Origin: Acidimicrobiia bacterium
GTDB lineage: Bacteria > Actinomycetota > Acidimicrobiia > IMCC26256 > PALSA-555
DNA: 60,820 nt
NCBI GenBank assembly: GCA_009694435.1
Contig: SHUY01000002.1
Span: forward strand, 1 to 60,820
Reading direction: 5' to 3'
In this document: in pieces, positions 18,686 through 27,846 of the stretch
Numbering within the stretch: position 1 is the stretch's first letter
How the letters are laid out: the number at the start of each line of letters is the position of its first letter
Notes under the pieces: model-generated
What the model saw: the letters and a program-made list of their open reading frames with translations, nothing else
What the model was told of the DNA's origin: nothing
Databases searched by the model: none
Translations under genes and position numbers: made by a program

Positions 18686-19474
18686 GTGACCGCAGACACC
18701 CCTTCGCTAACTACTAATGAGGTAACCGACTCATTACGGGTAGAAGATCTCGCCGAGGCAAGCGGACTGTCGATCGATACTATTCGCTTCTACCAAAAAC
18801 GCCACCTGATCCCCGCCCCGAAGCGTCGCGGCCGAGTGGCGTGGTATTCGTCCGAACACATAACTCGAATTAATCGCATCCGAGAGTTGCAAGAAAGTGG
18901 ACTTTCGCTGGCGCTCATCCGAAGGCTGCTTGACGGCGAATTAAATCCCGCCGACGCCCCGTTGGCAGTGGCGGTGGCTTTTGAAGTTGGGGGCGAACTC
19001 ATCACTCGCGCCGAGCTCGCCCGGCGCACGGGTGTACCCGACGAGATTTTGGTGACTATTGCCAATCAAGGTTTGCTGCGCCCACAAATTAAAGATGGGG
19101 TTGAATATTTTTCTGCCCACGACGTTTCCGTTATTACCGCCGGAGTGCAATTACTCGATGCCGGATTACCGTTTTCGGCGTTGCTCAGTCTGGCCCAACG
19201 CCAACACGAAATGACCAGGGCGGTTGCCGTCGACGCAGTGGAAATGTTTGACCAATACGTGCGGTCTCCACTGCAAGAGAAGGACTTATCTGACGACGAG
19301 CGCGCGCAGGCCCTAGTTGCCGCGTTCGAGTCGTTGTTACCGACGGTTACTGCGCTGGTTGCCCAGCATTTTCGTGATGTGCTGCTCGAAGTCGCCCAAG
19401 ATCATCTCGAAGCCGTCGGCGAGTCGGCCGAACTTTCGTCTCCTTACAACTCAAATTCAGATCGGGGGGTTTAA
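18686..19474 (+). CDS. MerR-family transcriptional regulator
   Basis: HTH LSIDTIRFYQKRHLIPAPKRRGRVAWYSSEHITRINRIRELQESGLSL. A 150-aa C-terminal domain of unknown type follows. The stop lies 2 nt before menG. Confidence 0.85.
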   Translation: MTADTPSLTTNEVTDSLRVEDLAEASGLSIDTIRFYQKRHLIPAPKRRGRVAWYSSEHITRINRIRELQESGLSLALIRRLLDGELNPADAPLAVAVAFEVGGELITRAELARRTGVPDEILVTIANQGLLRPQIKDGVEYFSAHDVSVITAGVQLLDAGLPFSALLSLAQRQHEMTRAVAVDAVEMFDQYVRSPLQEKDLSDDERAQALVAAFESLLPTVTALVAQHFRDVLLEVAQDHLEAVGESAELSSPYNSNSDRGV

Positions 19475-19476
19475 AA

Positions 19477-20193
19477 ATGAGCCAACCCGACCCCGTGCTT
19501 GGCGTGAACGGCGAGTTGCCCCGCGGGGAGAACAAACGTCAGGTTGTAGAGGAGATGTTTGACCGAGTGGCCCCGGGGTACGACCGGATGAACCGCATCA
19601 TCTCGCTGGGCCTTGATACCCGCTGGCGCAACCGCACCCTAGAGGCTCTCCGCCTCGCTCCCGCCGCCCGGGTGCTTGATTTGGCCTGTGGCACCGGTGA
19701 TTTTTGCGTTGACCTCACCGCCTCGGGCTACCGAGCCGTCGGGGCCGATTTTTCTGCCGGCATGTTAAAAGCGACTCGTACCTCGGCTCCCCTCGTACGC
19801 GTTGACGCCGCCGCTCTCGCCTACCCCGCAGAATCATTTGATGCCGTGGTCTGCGGCTTCGCTTTGCGTAACTTCGTCGACCTAGTCCAGGTATTCGCTG
19901 AAGTCGCGCGAGTGTTGCGACCCGGTGGACGCTTCGCCGCTTTAGACGCCGCCGTACCCGAATCGTATTTAGCCCGAGCCGGTAACACGGTGTGGTTTAG
20001 AGGCGTAGTACCCGTACTCGGACGAGTGCTCTCGCGCGATCCCGAGGCTTATCGATACCTTCCGGCTTCAACGGCTTACCTCCCTGAGTCTGAAGCACTA
20101 ATAAACCTTCTCGTCGACTCAGGTTTTACCAACGTAGAGCATACGACTATGACTATTGGATCGGTTCAACTCTTAACTGGAACTCGGTCTTGA
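19477..20193 (+). CDS. menG: demethylmenaquinone methyltransferase (UbiE/MenG)
   Basis: MFDRVAPGYDRMNRIISLG signature plus the SAM-binding motif LDLACGTGD. Confidence 0.85.
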   Translation: MSQPDPVLGVNGELPRGENKRQVVEEMFDRVAPGYDRMNRIISLGLDTRWRNRTLEALRLAPAARVLDLACGTGDFCVDLTASGYRAVGADFSAGMLKATRTSAPLVRVDAAALAYPAESFDAVVCGFALRNFVDLVQVFAEVARVLRPGGRFAALDAAVPESYLARAGNTVWFRGVVPVLGRVLSRDPEAYRYLPASTAYLPESEALINLLVDSGFTNVEHTTMTIGSVQLLTGTRS

Positions 20194-21371
20194 CTACCGC
20201 GGCGGTCACTGATTTTTCTTGGCGGGCTACGAGCCGTGAAATTGATGACCCGAATGACATTCTCGACTATTTAGGTCCCGATGGATTTACTTGGATAAAA
20301 AACGGATTTGGTTTTGTAACTGCGGGTCGCATAACCCGGGTTGAGCCCGAGAACGCTCTAGCCGTCCTTAGCCAAATTGCCCATGACGATTTGACCGAGT
20401 TGGTGGGGTCGGGCCCTCTAGTAGTGGGCGCGCTTCCCTTTGCGGCCGACGAACCGGCGGATCTCTTTGTGCCCGCGCGCATCGTGGGCCGCAACGCAAA
20501 CGGTCAAGCGTGGATGACCGAAATAGAAGAGGCTCCGTCTTGGCCGGCCGACAAGTTGAACCGGCCCACTACCTTTAGCGTCACCGGTGGTACCCCTAAA
20601 CCTTTATGGGATAAAGCAGTAACCGCGGCACTGGCCCGCGTCGAGGAAGGGGCGATCGAAAAAGTGGTGCTGGCTCGGAGCATTGAAATAACCGCCGACC
20701 AAGCGTTCTCGGTGACCGACATTCTCAGCCGCTTACGGCGCGATCAGCCCGGCTGCTTCGTCTACTCCACCGGCGGATTTCTGGGCGCGAGCCCTGAGCT
20801 TTTAGTTCGCCGCGCTGGAACCACGGTTACTTCGTCGCCGATGGCCGGGACGGTGGCGGGAACCAGTTTTGCTGCTATCGAGCGTCTCCGAACGTCAGCC
20901 AAAGATGGGCGAGAGCACGATCTCGTAGTTGAAGCCATCTTGGCGGGGCTGGCCCCGTACTGTAAAAACCTGGACGCGGTTGTGAAGCCGGAAGTAGCGG
21001 TGCTCGCCACGATCTCTCACCTTGTTACTCCGATTCGAGGTCAACTCAACGATCCGCCTTGTGACGTTCTCGCTTTGACCCGAGCCTTACACCCCACCCC
21101 CGCAGTTGGAGGTACACCCACCGACGCGGCGATAGCGTTAATCAAGCAACTAGAAGACTCGTCCCGAGGTTTTTACGCCGGGCCCGTGGGATGGGTTGAC
21201 GCTAAGGGCGACGGAGAGTTTGCTCTCGCGTTGCGGGGTGCTCTCATAGACGGGACGCGGGCCACGATGCACGCAGGGGCGGGGATAGTTGCCGGATCGG
21301 ACCCCGAGACTGAATGGCGAGAAACTGAAGCCAAGTTTGCCCCGATGATCGCCGCGCTAACTAATCTTTAA
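20190..21371 (+). CDS. menF: isochorismate synthase
   Basis: Chorismate-binding C-terminus (LHPTPAVGGTP, YAGPVGW). It overlaps menG by 4 nt. Confidence 0.8.
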   Translation: MTTAAVTDFSWRATSREIDDPNDILDYLGPDGFTWIKNGFGFVTAGRITRVEPENALAVLSQIAHDDLTELVGSGPLVVGALPFAADEPADLFVPARIVGRNANGQAWMTEIEEAPSWPADKLNRPTTFSVTGGTPKPLWDKAVTAALARVEEGAIEKVVLARSIEITADQAFSVTDILSRLRRDQPGCFVYSTGGFLGASPELLVRRAGTTVTSSPMAGTVAGTSFAAIERLRTSAKDGREHDLVVEAILAGLAPYCKNLDAVVKPEVAVLATISHLVTPIRGQLNDPPCDVLALTRALHPTPAVGGTPTDAAIALIKQLEDSSRGFYAGPVGWVDAKGDGEFALALRGALIDGTRATMHAGAGIVAGSDPETEWRETEAKFAPMIAALTNL

Positions 21372-23110
21372 ACCTTCGTAACCGCCGCCACTGCTTCCCA
21401 CACCGCTTGGTGGCGAGCCACATTGGTTGTGCGGTCAACCCGCACCACTATCACGCTTACCCCCGGGGTGGCGACCGCGCGCCCAAGGGTGTCGGTGAGT
21501 TCGGCCGCCTCAGTTACGCGCTCGGCGGCAATCCCGTGAACGGCGCAAAGATCAACAATATCAACGCCCGTAGGGGTACTAAAGAGAGTTTCGAAATCAG
21601 AGGCCGGTAACGCTTGGGCCGGAGGCAGAAACGAAAAGATGCCCCCGCCGTCGTTATCGACCACCACCAAAGTGGCATTAATCCCTCTAGTGGATGCACC
21701 GATCAGGCCGTTGCTGTCGTGCAAGAAGCACAGGTCGCCCAGCAAGGCCACTACTGGACCGTCAGCCACTTGGGCGCCGCCCAAAACCGTCGACACGAAG
21801 CCGTCGATTCCGTTCACGCCACGATTACCCAACATACGCACATCGGGGCGGGGAGCAGAGAAACTGTCTACGTCGCGCACCGGCATGCTCGAGGCGACGA
21901 AAAAAGTTGTCGCGGCGGGTAAAGCCGCCACCACATCACGAGCGATGCGACCTTCGAAAGGATCGGACCACTCGGAGCAGGTCTGGTCAATTACTTTTCG
22001 AGCGCCGCTCTCGGCTTGCGACCAAGTCTCGCTCCACTCTTTGGCTCGCGACTTATCACGTAGCATCGGAGAAATTTTATCAATAACGGCAGTTAAAAAC
22101 TCTTCCCCATTAGCCGCTACCCGCTCGGTGGCTATCTGGCTGGGGTCGGCCCAAATGCCGGCCGGATCGATCAGCCAAACCGGCGCCCCTTCACCGGCGG
22201 CCCGCGCGAGCCACGCGTTGGCAACCTTGCTCGTCAGCGGAGCACCGACTTGTATAACTCCGCTCGGCTGCACCCGAGAGGCAAACTCGTCGGAACGTAA
22301 AAGTGCGTCGTAGGTTGAGATCGCCTCGACGCCGCGCCCATTAGACAAGGGGTCGGCGAGGAATACCGCCCCCGTAACCGCACAGAATTGGGCCGCGACC
22401 CGCGGGCTCACATTGGCTCCGGGACCGAGCACTAAAACTGCTTTATTCAGATCAGATTCGGCCATCCGGGCGACGGAGGCTAAATAATCTGCGGGCGGCA
22501 TTGGTCCCGCGCTGCGCCACGGGGCACCGTCGGGCCGGCCCAAAGCGGGAACCACCGGAGCGCCCGTGGGCACCAACGGTTCGCGAAACGCGAGATTGAG
22601 ATGCACCGGTCCCGCCGGTGAACCCGTAGCGGCCAAAAATGCTTGGGCCGCCATGTCCCGCCATTGCTCGGGCGCACCGGGCAGATCTTCGGGGGGCAGA
22701 GGATAAAACTCTCCTCGCACCGCTTTACCATAAAGTCCAACTTGATCAATCGTTTGTCCCGCACCCACGCCTTGAAGTTCGGGGGGGCGGTCGGCGGTGC
22801 ACACCAATAGCGGCACGCGCGAATAAAACGCTTCCAGAACTGCGGGGAGAAAAAGTGCCGCCGCAGTACCCGAAGTGCAGGCCAAAATTGCCGGCCGCCC
22901 CGACACCTTGCCTATGCCTAAAGCGTAAGCCGCAGCCGAACGCTCGTCGAGAAAAACGTGAACCGCAATCCGCGGGTCCGCCGCTACCGCCAGAACGAGT
23001 GGAGTGGAGCGTGACCCGGGGGCGATAACCGCTTCGGTTACCCCTGCTCGGGCCCACTCGTCGACGAGGGCACGAGCAAAAGCCGTGGTGGCGTCACCAG
23101 TACCAGCCAT
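21368..23110 (-). CDS. menD: SEPHCHC synthase (2-succinyl-5-enolpyruvyl-6-hydroxy-3-cyclohexene-1-carboxylate synthase)
   Basis: 580-aa ThDP enzyme (GDLCFLHDSNGL...NNDGGGIF) in men context. Confidence 0.85.
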   Translation of the reverse strand: MAGTGDATTAFARALVDEWARAGVTEAVIAPGSRSTPLVLAVAADPRIAVHVFLDERSAAAYALGIGKVSGRPAILACTSGTAAALFLPAVLEAFYSRVPLLVCTADRPPELQGVGAGQTIDQVGLYGKAVRGEFYPLPPEDLPGAPEQWRDMAAQAFLAATGSPAGPVHLNLAFREPLVPTGAPVVPALGRPDGAPWRSAGPMPPADYLASVARMAESDLNKAVLVLGPGANVSPRVAAQFCAVTGAVFLADPLSNGRGVEAISTYDALLRSDEFASRVQPSGVIQVGAPLTSKVANAWLARAAGEGAPVWLIDPAGIWADPSQIATERVAANGEEFLTAVIDKISPMLRDKSRAKEWSETWSQAESGARKVIDQTCSEWSDPFEGRIARDVVAALPAATTFFVASSMPVRDVDSFSAPRPDVRMLGNRGVNGIDGFVSTVLGGAQVADGPVVALLGDLCFLHDSNGLIGASTRGINATLVVVDNDGGGIFSFLPPAQALPASDFETLFSTPTGVDIVDLCAVHGIAAERVTEAAELTDTLGRAVATPGVSVIVVRVDRTTNVARHQAVWEAVAAVTKV

Positions 23111-23160
23111 TAGTCGCCTCCGTATCGGGACGCCCGGCGAGAGCGTGCGACAATGTACGG

Positions 23161-23862
23161 ATGCGTATTCGAATGATTCCGGGCTTCACTTTGCCGGCCG
23201 GCTCGTGGGACCCCGTGATTAAATTTTTCGACCCCGATTGGGATGTTCAGGCTTTCGACATCCCCGACGGACTCGACTTTGTTGCCACCGCCGAAACGTT
23301 GGGCCATCGGGGCGCCCAAGGAGTTTGGGTGGGTTATTCGCTGGGTGCACGATTGGCTTTGTGCTTGGCCCTGAACCGACCGGAAACAGTAGAACGGCTG
23401 GTTTTGATAAGCAGTACGGCCGGCATCGAGAGCAGCGACGACCGTCGCGCCCGAACCGCGGCGGACAACGAGTTGGCGGTGTCGATCGAATCCAACGGCG
23501 TCGACATTTTCTTGGAACAGTGGCTCGACCAGCGACTTTTTGAAACCCTGCCCGCCGAAGTAGCTCAGCTGAGCGAGCGCAAGCGCGTCGCCACCGCGCA
23601 CGGTCTGATCCATCAACTTTTGGTGTTGGGACAAGGAGTTCAAGAGCCGCTTTGGGGTCGGCTCGGCGAACTCGACCTGCCGGTGCTGATAATCGTTGGC
23701 CAGTGGGATCGGGCCTACACCCGAACGGGACAACGCCTGCAAGAGGCGATTGGAGACAACGCCACTCTTGCGGTGATTCCAAGCGCAGGCCACGCGGTCC
23801 ATCTCGAACAACCCGAAGCAGTGGCTCACGAAATCGCCGCTTGGTTGGCCGCCGCCGAATAA
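23161..23862 (+). CDS. menH: alpha/beta hydrolase, probable SHCHC synthase
   Basis: GYSLGAR nucleophile elbow and a C-terminal His (SAGHAVHLEQP). It is divergent from menD. Confidence 0.7.
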   Translation: MRIRMIPGFTLPAGSWDPVIKFFDPDWDVQAFDIPDGLDFVATAETLGHRGAQGVWVGYSLGARLALCLALNRPETVERLVLISSTAGIESSDDRRARTAADNELAVSIESNGVDIFLEQWLDQRLFETLPAEVAQLSERKRVATAHGLIHQLLVLGQGVQEPLWGRLGELDLPVLIIVGQWDRAYTRTGQRLQEAIGDNATLAVIPSAGHAVHLEQPEAVAHEIAAWLAAAE

Positions 23863-24686
23863 CGCTCCAGCAAATCGGCGTCGGGGACGATGTTCCTCAA
23901 TCGCAAAACGCCGTGCTCGGGAAGTAACCGGCGAGCAACCACGTCTTCGGGTAGCGCCGCCACCGTAGCCAGCCCACACGGGTACGCCAGCTCGGGTAAA
24001 GCGGCTGCGAGCGCCAACCCAGCCGATACGCCGACCGAGGTTTCCATCATCGAGCTCACCAAAGCGGGCACTCCCGCTACTTCGGCGATTTCGAGCGCGG
24101 CTCGCACGCCCCCAAGTGGAGCCACCTTCAAAACCAACACGTCGGCCGCGCCTAGGGCGCGCAACCGTTGGGCGTCGGCCACCGTGCGCACCGCCTCGTC
24201 GGCTGCTATCGGAATCGGCGAAGAGCGTCGCACCGTGGCTAAATCTTCGAGGCTCGCTACGGGCTGTTCGAATAACTCCACTCCGAGAAGGGCGAGTTGT
24301 TCGGCCACCACTTGTGCGGTCTCAACGGAAAACGCCCCGTTGGCATCGACCCGCAGCGCCGGCCCGGGTCCTACTAGATCACGCACTTGGGCGACCAAGT
24401 CGACATCGGCGAGAGATTTGATCTTGATCTTGATCGCGGGATAACCCGCGAGCGCAAAAGCGTCGATCGGGAGGCCGGCAACTAGAGCATTGACCATGAC
24501 CGCTCGGCGTACCGGAGCGGGAAAGCCCACCGTGGCTGCTTCTTCGGCGGCACGACGGGCCGCTTCGGGCGAACACGGATAACCGGCCACCAACGAAATC
24601 TCGCCCCAACCCGCGGGTCCTTCGAGCAGGGTCACCTCTCGGCCCCCCACGATCAAGTGATGGGAAATCAGTTCGGACCCCATCAA
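23826..24686 (-). CDS. menC: o-succinylbenzoate synthase (enolase superfamily)
   Basis: Metal-ligand pattern (VDANGAF, FEQP, DE) in men context. Its start overlaps the menA stop. Confidence 0.75.
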   Translation of the reverse strand: MMGSELISHHLIVGGREVTLLEGPAGWGEISLVAGYPCSPEAARRAAEEAATVGFPAPVRRAVMVNALVAGLPIDAFALAGYPAIKIKIKSLADVDLVAQVRDLVGPGPALRVDANGAFSVETAQVVAEQLALLGVELFEQPVASLEDLATVRRSSPIPIAADEAVRTVADAQRLRALGAADVLVLKVAPLGGVRAALEIAEVAGVPALVSSMMETSVGVSAGLALAAALPELAYPCGLATVAALPEDVVARRLLPEHGVLRLRNIVPDADLLERYSAAANQAAIS

Positions 24687-25570
24687 CTGACCACCAAACC
24701 GATAGCCAATAGCACTGCGGTCGCCATTTCGAGTCGAGCGGTTGCCCCCAGAGCGGGAATAAAGTCCGACGGTTGAGTAGCACCCAGCACTATCCGCACG
24801 GGAATCACCGCGAGCGGGATGGCCAAAAACGCCAACGCCGAATAGGGGGCCAACACGACTATGGGGACGACAGCTAAAAACGCGACTACTACCGCCGAGA
24901 CGTACATTCGCCGGGCGGCTTTATCGCCTACTCGCACCGCCAGAGTACGTTTTCCCACTTCAGTGTCAGTAGGAATATCGCGAATGTTGTTGACCAATAA
25001 AATTGCGCAAGCAAAAAGTCCGATGGTTAATGACCCCCACCATGCGGAGGCGGGAATGTGCTCGTGTTGAACAAAGGCGGACCCCGCCGTAGCAACGAAA
25101 CCAAAAAACACCAACACCATCACCTCGCCGAGCCCGTGATAGCCGTAAGGGGCGGGCCCGCCGGTGTATAAAATCGCCGCCGCGAGGGCGAAGACCCCTA
25201 CGAGCAATAACCACGGAGTGACTAATAGTGCGAGCGCGAGACCGGCGATCATGGCCACCAAAAACGCGAGAGTCGCCGCAGACCTAACCGCCGCGGGGCG
25301 AGCCAAACCGCTAGCGGTGATACGCAAAGGACCCGTGCGACCGTCGTCGGTCCCGCGCACTCCGTCGGAATAATCGTTGGCGTAGTTAACCCCCACTTGT
25401 AACGCCAAGGCGACCACGAGCGCGAGTCCGGCTCGGTAGAAGTTGACCGCACCGGCCGCTCCGGCCGCCGTACCCACTAAAACTGAGGCCCAAGCTGCAC
25501 TTAAGGTGCGCGGCCGGGCTCCCGCCCACCAAACTCGGACCCATCCGGCCAGAGTCGTCGGCTTCTCCAT
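24683..25570 (-). CDS. menA: 1,4-dihydroxy-2-naphthoate polyprenyltransferase
   Basis: UbiA-family NDYSDGVRGTD motif and about 8 TM helices. Confidence 0.85.
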   Translation of the reverse strand: MEKPTTLAGWVRVWWAGARPRTLSAAWASVLVGTAAGAAGAVNFYRAGLALVVALALQVGVNYANDYSDGVRGTDDGRTGPLRITASGLARPAAVRSAATLAFLVAMIAGLALALLVTPWLLLVGVFALAAAILYTGGPAPYGYHGLGEVMVLVFFGFVATAGSAFVQHEHIPASAWWGSLTIGLFACAILLVNNIRDIPTDTEVGKRTLAVRVGDKAARRMYVSAVVVAFLAVVPIVVLAPYSALAFLAIPLAVIPVRIVLGATQPSDFIPALGATARLEMATAVLLAIGLVVS

Positions 25571-26451
25571 TAGGGCCGCTTGGGGTATTTCTCGTAGTTG
25601 GGGGCCCGCTTTTCGAGGTAGGCGAGTTTGCCTTCCTGCGATTCTTCGGTCAGGTAGTAAAGCAAAGTGGCATCGCCCGCGAGTTGTTGCACTCCGGCCA
25701 AACCGTCGTCGGCCGCGTTCATGGAGGCCTTGAGCAGACGTAGCGCTAACGGACTATTGCGCAACATCATCTCGCACCACTCCACCGTTACCACTTCAAG
25801 TTCTTCTAACTCCACCACCGTATTGACCAGCCCCATTTTTTCGGCCATGGTCGCATCGTACTGCTGGCATAAGTACCAAATCTCCCGAGCTTTTTTCTGT
25901 CCGACCGAAGCGGCGAGCAAACCCGAGCCGTAACCGCCATCGAACGATCCCACCCGCGGGCCAGTCTGACCAAAGCGGGCGTTGTCGGCCGCTACGGTTA
26001 AGTCGCAAACTACGTGAAGCACGTGTCCCCCACCGATGGCGTAACCGGCCACCATTGCCACTACCGGTTTAGGCAACCGGCGGATCTGAACTTGCAGGTC
26101 GAGCACATTGAGCCGGCCTACTCCGTTGGCATCGACATAGCCGTCGTCACCGCGCACGCGCACATCGCCACCCGAACAAAATGCTTCTGACCCCGCGCCG
26201 GTGAAAATGATCACCCCGACCGAAGAATCGTCTCGAGCCAGCTCAAACGCGTCGCTAAGTTCGAACAGCGTCTCGGGGCGAAAGGCATTATGGACTTCGG
26301 GCCGAGAAATAGTGATCTTGGCGATCCGGCCGCCCTTGACCGCTGCGGTCTCGTAGCGAATATCACCAAAAGTGCGCTCACTGGGCTCCCACTTAGCGCC
26401 CGGCTTGATCGTCCGTCCGGCGGCTACGGGCTGGGTAGGAAATTGAGTCAT
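25570..26451 (-). CDS. menB: 1,4-dihydroxy-2-naphthoyl-CoA synthase
   Basis: Crotonase fold with MenB-type sequence ([11 protein letters not shown]..., [17 protein letters not shown]). Start taken at MTQFPT with a GGAGAC SD; the ORF extends to 26595. Confidence 0.85.
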   Translation of the reverse strand: MTQFPTQPVAAGRTIKPGAKWEPSERTFGDIRYETAAVKGGRIAKITISRPEVHNAFRPETLFELSDAFELARDDSSVGVIIFTGAGSEAFCSGGDVRVRGDDGYVDANGVGRLNVLDLQVQIRRLPKPVVAMVAGYAIGGGHVLHVVCDLTVAADNARFGQTGPRVGSFDGGYGSGLLAASVGQKKAREIWYLCQQYDATMAEKMGLVNTVVELEELEVVTVEWCEMMLRNSPLALRLLKASMNAADDGLAGVQQLAGDATLLYYLTEESQEGKLAYLEKRAPNYEKYPKRP

Positions 26452-26484
26452 TGAGTCTCCAATAATTGGGGGCTTGAGATGTTG

Positions 26485-26498
26485 GGAGTGATCACTCC
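26485..26498. promoter_or_regulatory. candidate operator: perfect 14-bp palindrome GGAGTGATCACTCC followed by a TAAGGT -10-like hexamer
   Basis: It lies in the 66-nt menB/menE divergent spacer. The segment 26483-26505 matches 18657-18679 at 23 of 25 positions. Confidence 0.5.
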
Positions 26499-26517
26499 TA
26501 AGGTACGCTGTCAAGGC

Positions 26518-27771
26518 ATGCCTGACCCAATTCTGACTCCCAGTAAAGCTCCGATTGACACCGCCTTGGTGGCCATTGTGGCCCCAAGGGCACAAGCCGC
26601 GGCCAAGATCACCGAAGCCTGGGACAAGGGGGAAGCGGTTTTGGTTCTCGATCCCGCCGCGCCCGAGTCAGCCCGAGCCGAATTGTTAGCTCAACTCGCC
26701 CCCACCCACATCGACGATGGAACCGGGCGACGCAATCTCCCTGACGGTCAACCCGTCGCCGCAGGCACGGCCGCGGTCGTAGTTACTTCAGGTACTAGCG
26801 CCACCCCCAAGGGAGTCGAACTCACCACCGCGGGACTTAACGCCATTGGCGCGGGGTTCGCGCAAGCGTTAACCGTTACCGAGGCTGACCGCCCGCTGCT
26901 CTGTCTACCTCTGCACCATGTTTCCGGTCTGGCCGTTTTAGCCCGCGCCCGATTTTCTCACTCCGAAGTAATCGTGCACCCCAAATTTGATCTTGCCCGA
27001 GTATCTCGCGCGCCCGAAGAGCAAGGAGCCACCATTGTGTCGTTGGTGCCCACCATGCTAAGCCGACTGCTCGACGCTAAAGCACCCCTGAATAAATTTC
27101 GGTTTGTGATTACCGGCGGAGCCCCACTCACTGAGTCACTGCGAGCGCGAGCGGAGCGCCAACGCGTAGCGGTGGTCGACGCTTACGGACTATCCGAGAC
27201 TTGGGGTGGCTGTGCCCTCAACGGTCGGCCCCTTCCCGGTATCGAAATTAGAATCACCCAAGAAAACCGCCCCGAGAACACGGGCGAGATATTGGTCCGG
27301 GGGGTACCGGTAATGTGCCAATACCGCAACGACACTGCGGCCAGCGAACGAGCTTTCATCACTGATCCCGAAACCGGCCACTCTTGGTTGCACACCAAAG
27401 ACGTGGGAACCTTCGATCCCGAAGGGCGCTTGGTGGTCATCGACCGCTTGGGCGATTTCGTTATTTCTGGCGGAGTCAACGTCAGCCCGAGCGCGGTAGA
27501 AGGAGCGTTGATCGAACACCCCGAAGTTCTTGATATCGCCGTAGGCGGTCGACCCGACGACCACTGGGGGCAACAAGTAGTGGCCTACGTAGTACCCCGC
27601 CAAAAGAAACGCCCGCCTACCCTAGAGGACCTACAAAACTTTGCTCGGCGCCGTCTAAGCGCCGCGCAAATACCCCGAGACCTCTTGGTGTGTACCGAAA
27701 TCCCTCGCACCGCCGGAGGGAAAATCTTGCGCCGACGACTAGCCCCGCCCCCGAATCCGCACGACCTATGA
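26518..27771 (+). CDS. menE: o-succinylbenzoate-CoA ligase (AMP-binding family)
   Basis: [16 protein letters not shown]-binding motif and a C-terminal GGKILRR. Start taken at ATG 26518; the ORF track start is 26479. Confidence 0.75.
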   Translation: MPDPILTPSKAPIDTALVAIVAPRAQAAAKITEAWDKGEAVLVLDPAAPESARAELLAQLAPTHIDDGTGRRNLPDGQPVAAGTAAVVVTSGTSATPKGVELTTAGLNAIGAGFAQALTVTEADRPLLCLPLHHVSGLAVLARARFSHSEVIVHPKFDLARVSRAPEEQGATIVSLVPTMLSRLLDAKAPLNKFRFVITGGAPLTESLRARAERQRVAVVDAYGLSETWGGCALNGRPLPGIEIRITQENRPENTGEILVRGVPVMCQYRNDTAASERAFITDPETGHSWLHTKDVGTFDPEGRLVVIDRLGDFVISGGVNVSPSAVEGALIEHPEVLDIAVGGRPDDHWGQQVVAYVVPRQKKRPPTLEDLQNFARRRLSAAQIPRDLLVCTEIPRTAGGKILRRRLAPPPNPHDL

Positions 27772-27846
27772 TTCCGGCGTGACTGAGCCGACCGACGAAC
27801 GCGTCTCGCCTCTAGGTCGACCGACTGCTAGTCCGCGGTCAGTTAG

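Noticed and set aside
21639-23979. Several 100-290-aa ORFs antisense to menD and menH (for example 21639-22313, 23110-23979, 23219-23782)
   Set aside because: These are shadow ORFs opposite genes with strong family motifs. They are Arg/Pro/Gly-rich with no recognisable domains.
26479-26595. Extended starts for menE (ATG 26479) and menB (26595), which would make the two genes overlap head to head
   Set aside because: The extensions lack similarity to the enzyme families and would bury the conserved palindromic motif in coding sequence. The internal Met codons give normal-length proteins, and the chosen menB start has an SD (GGAGAC).
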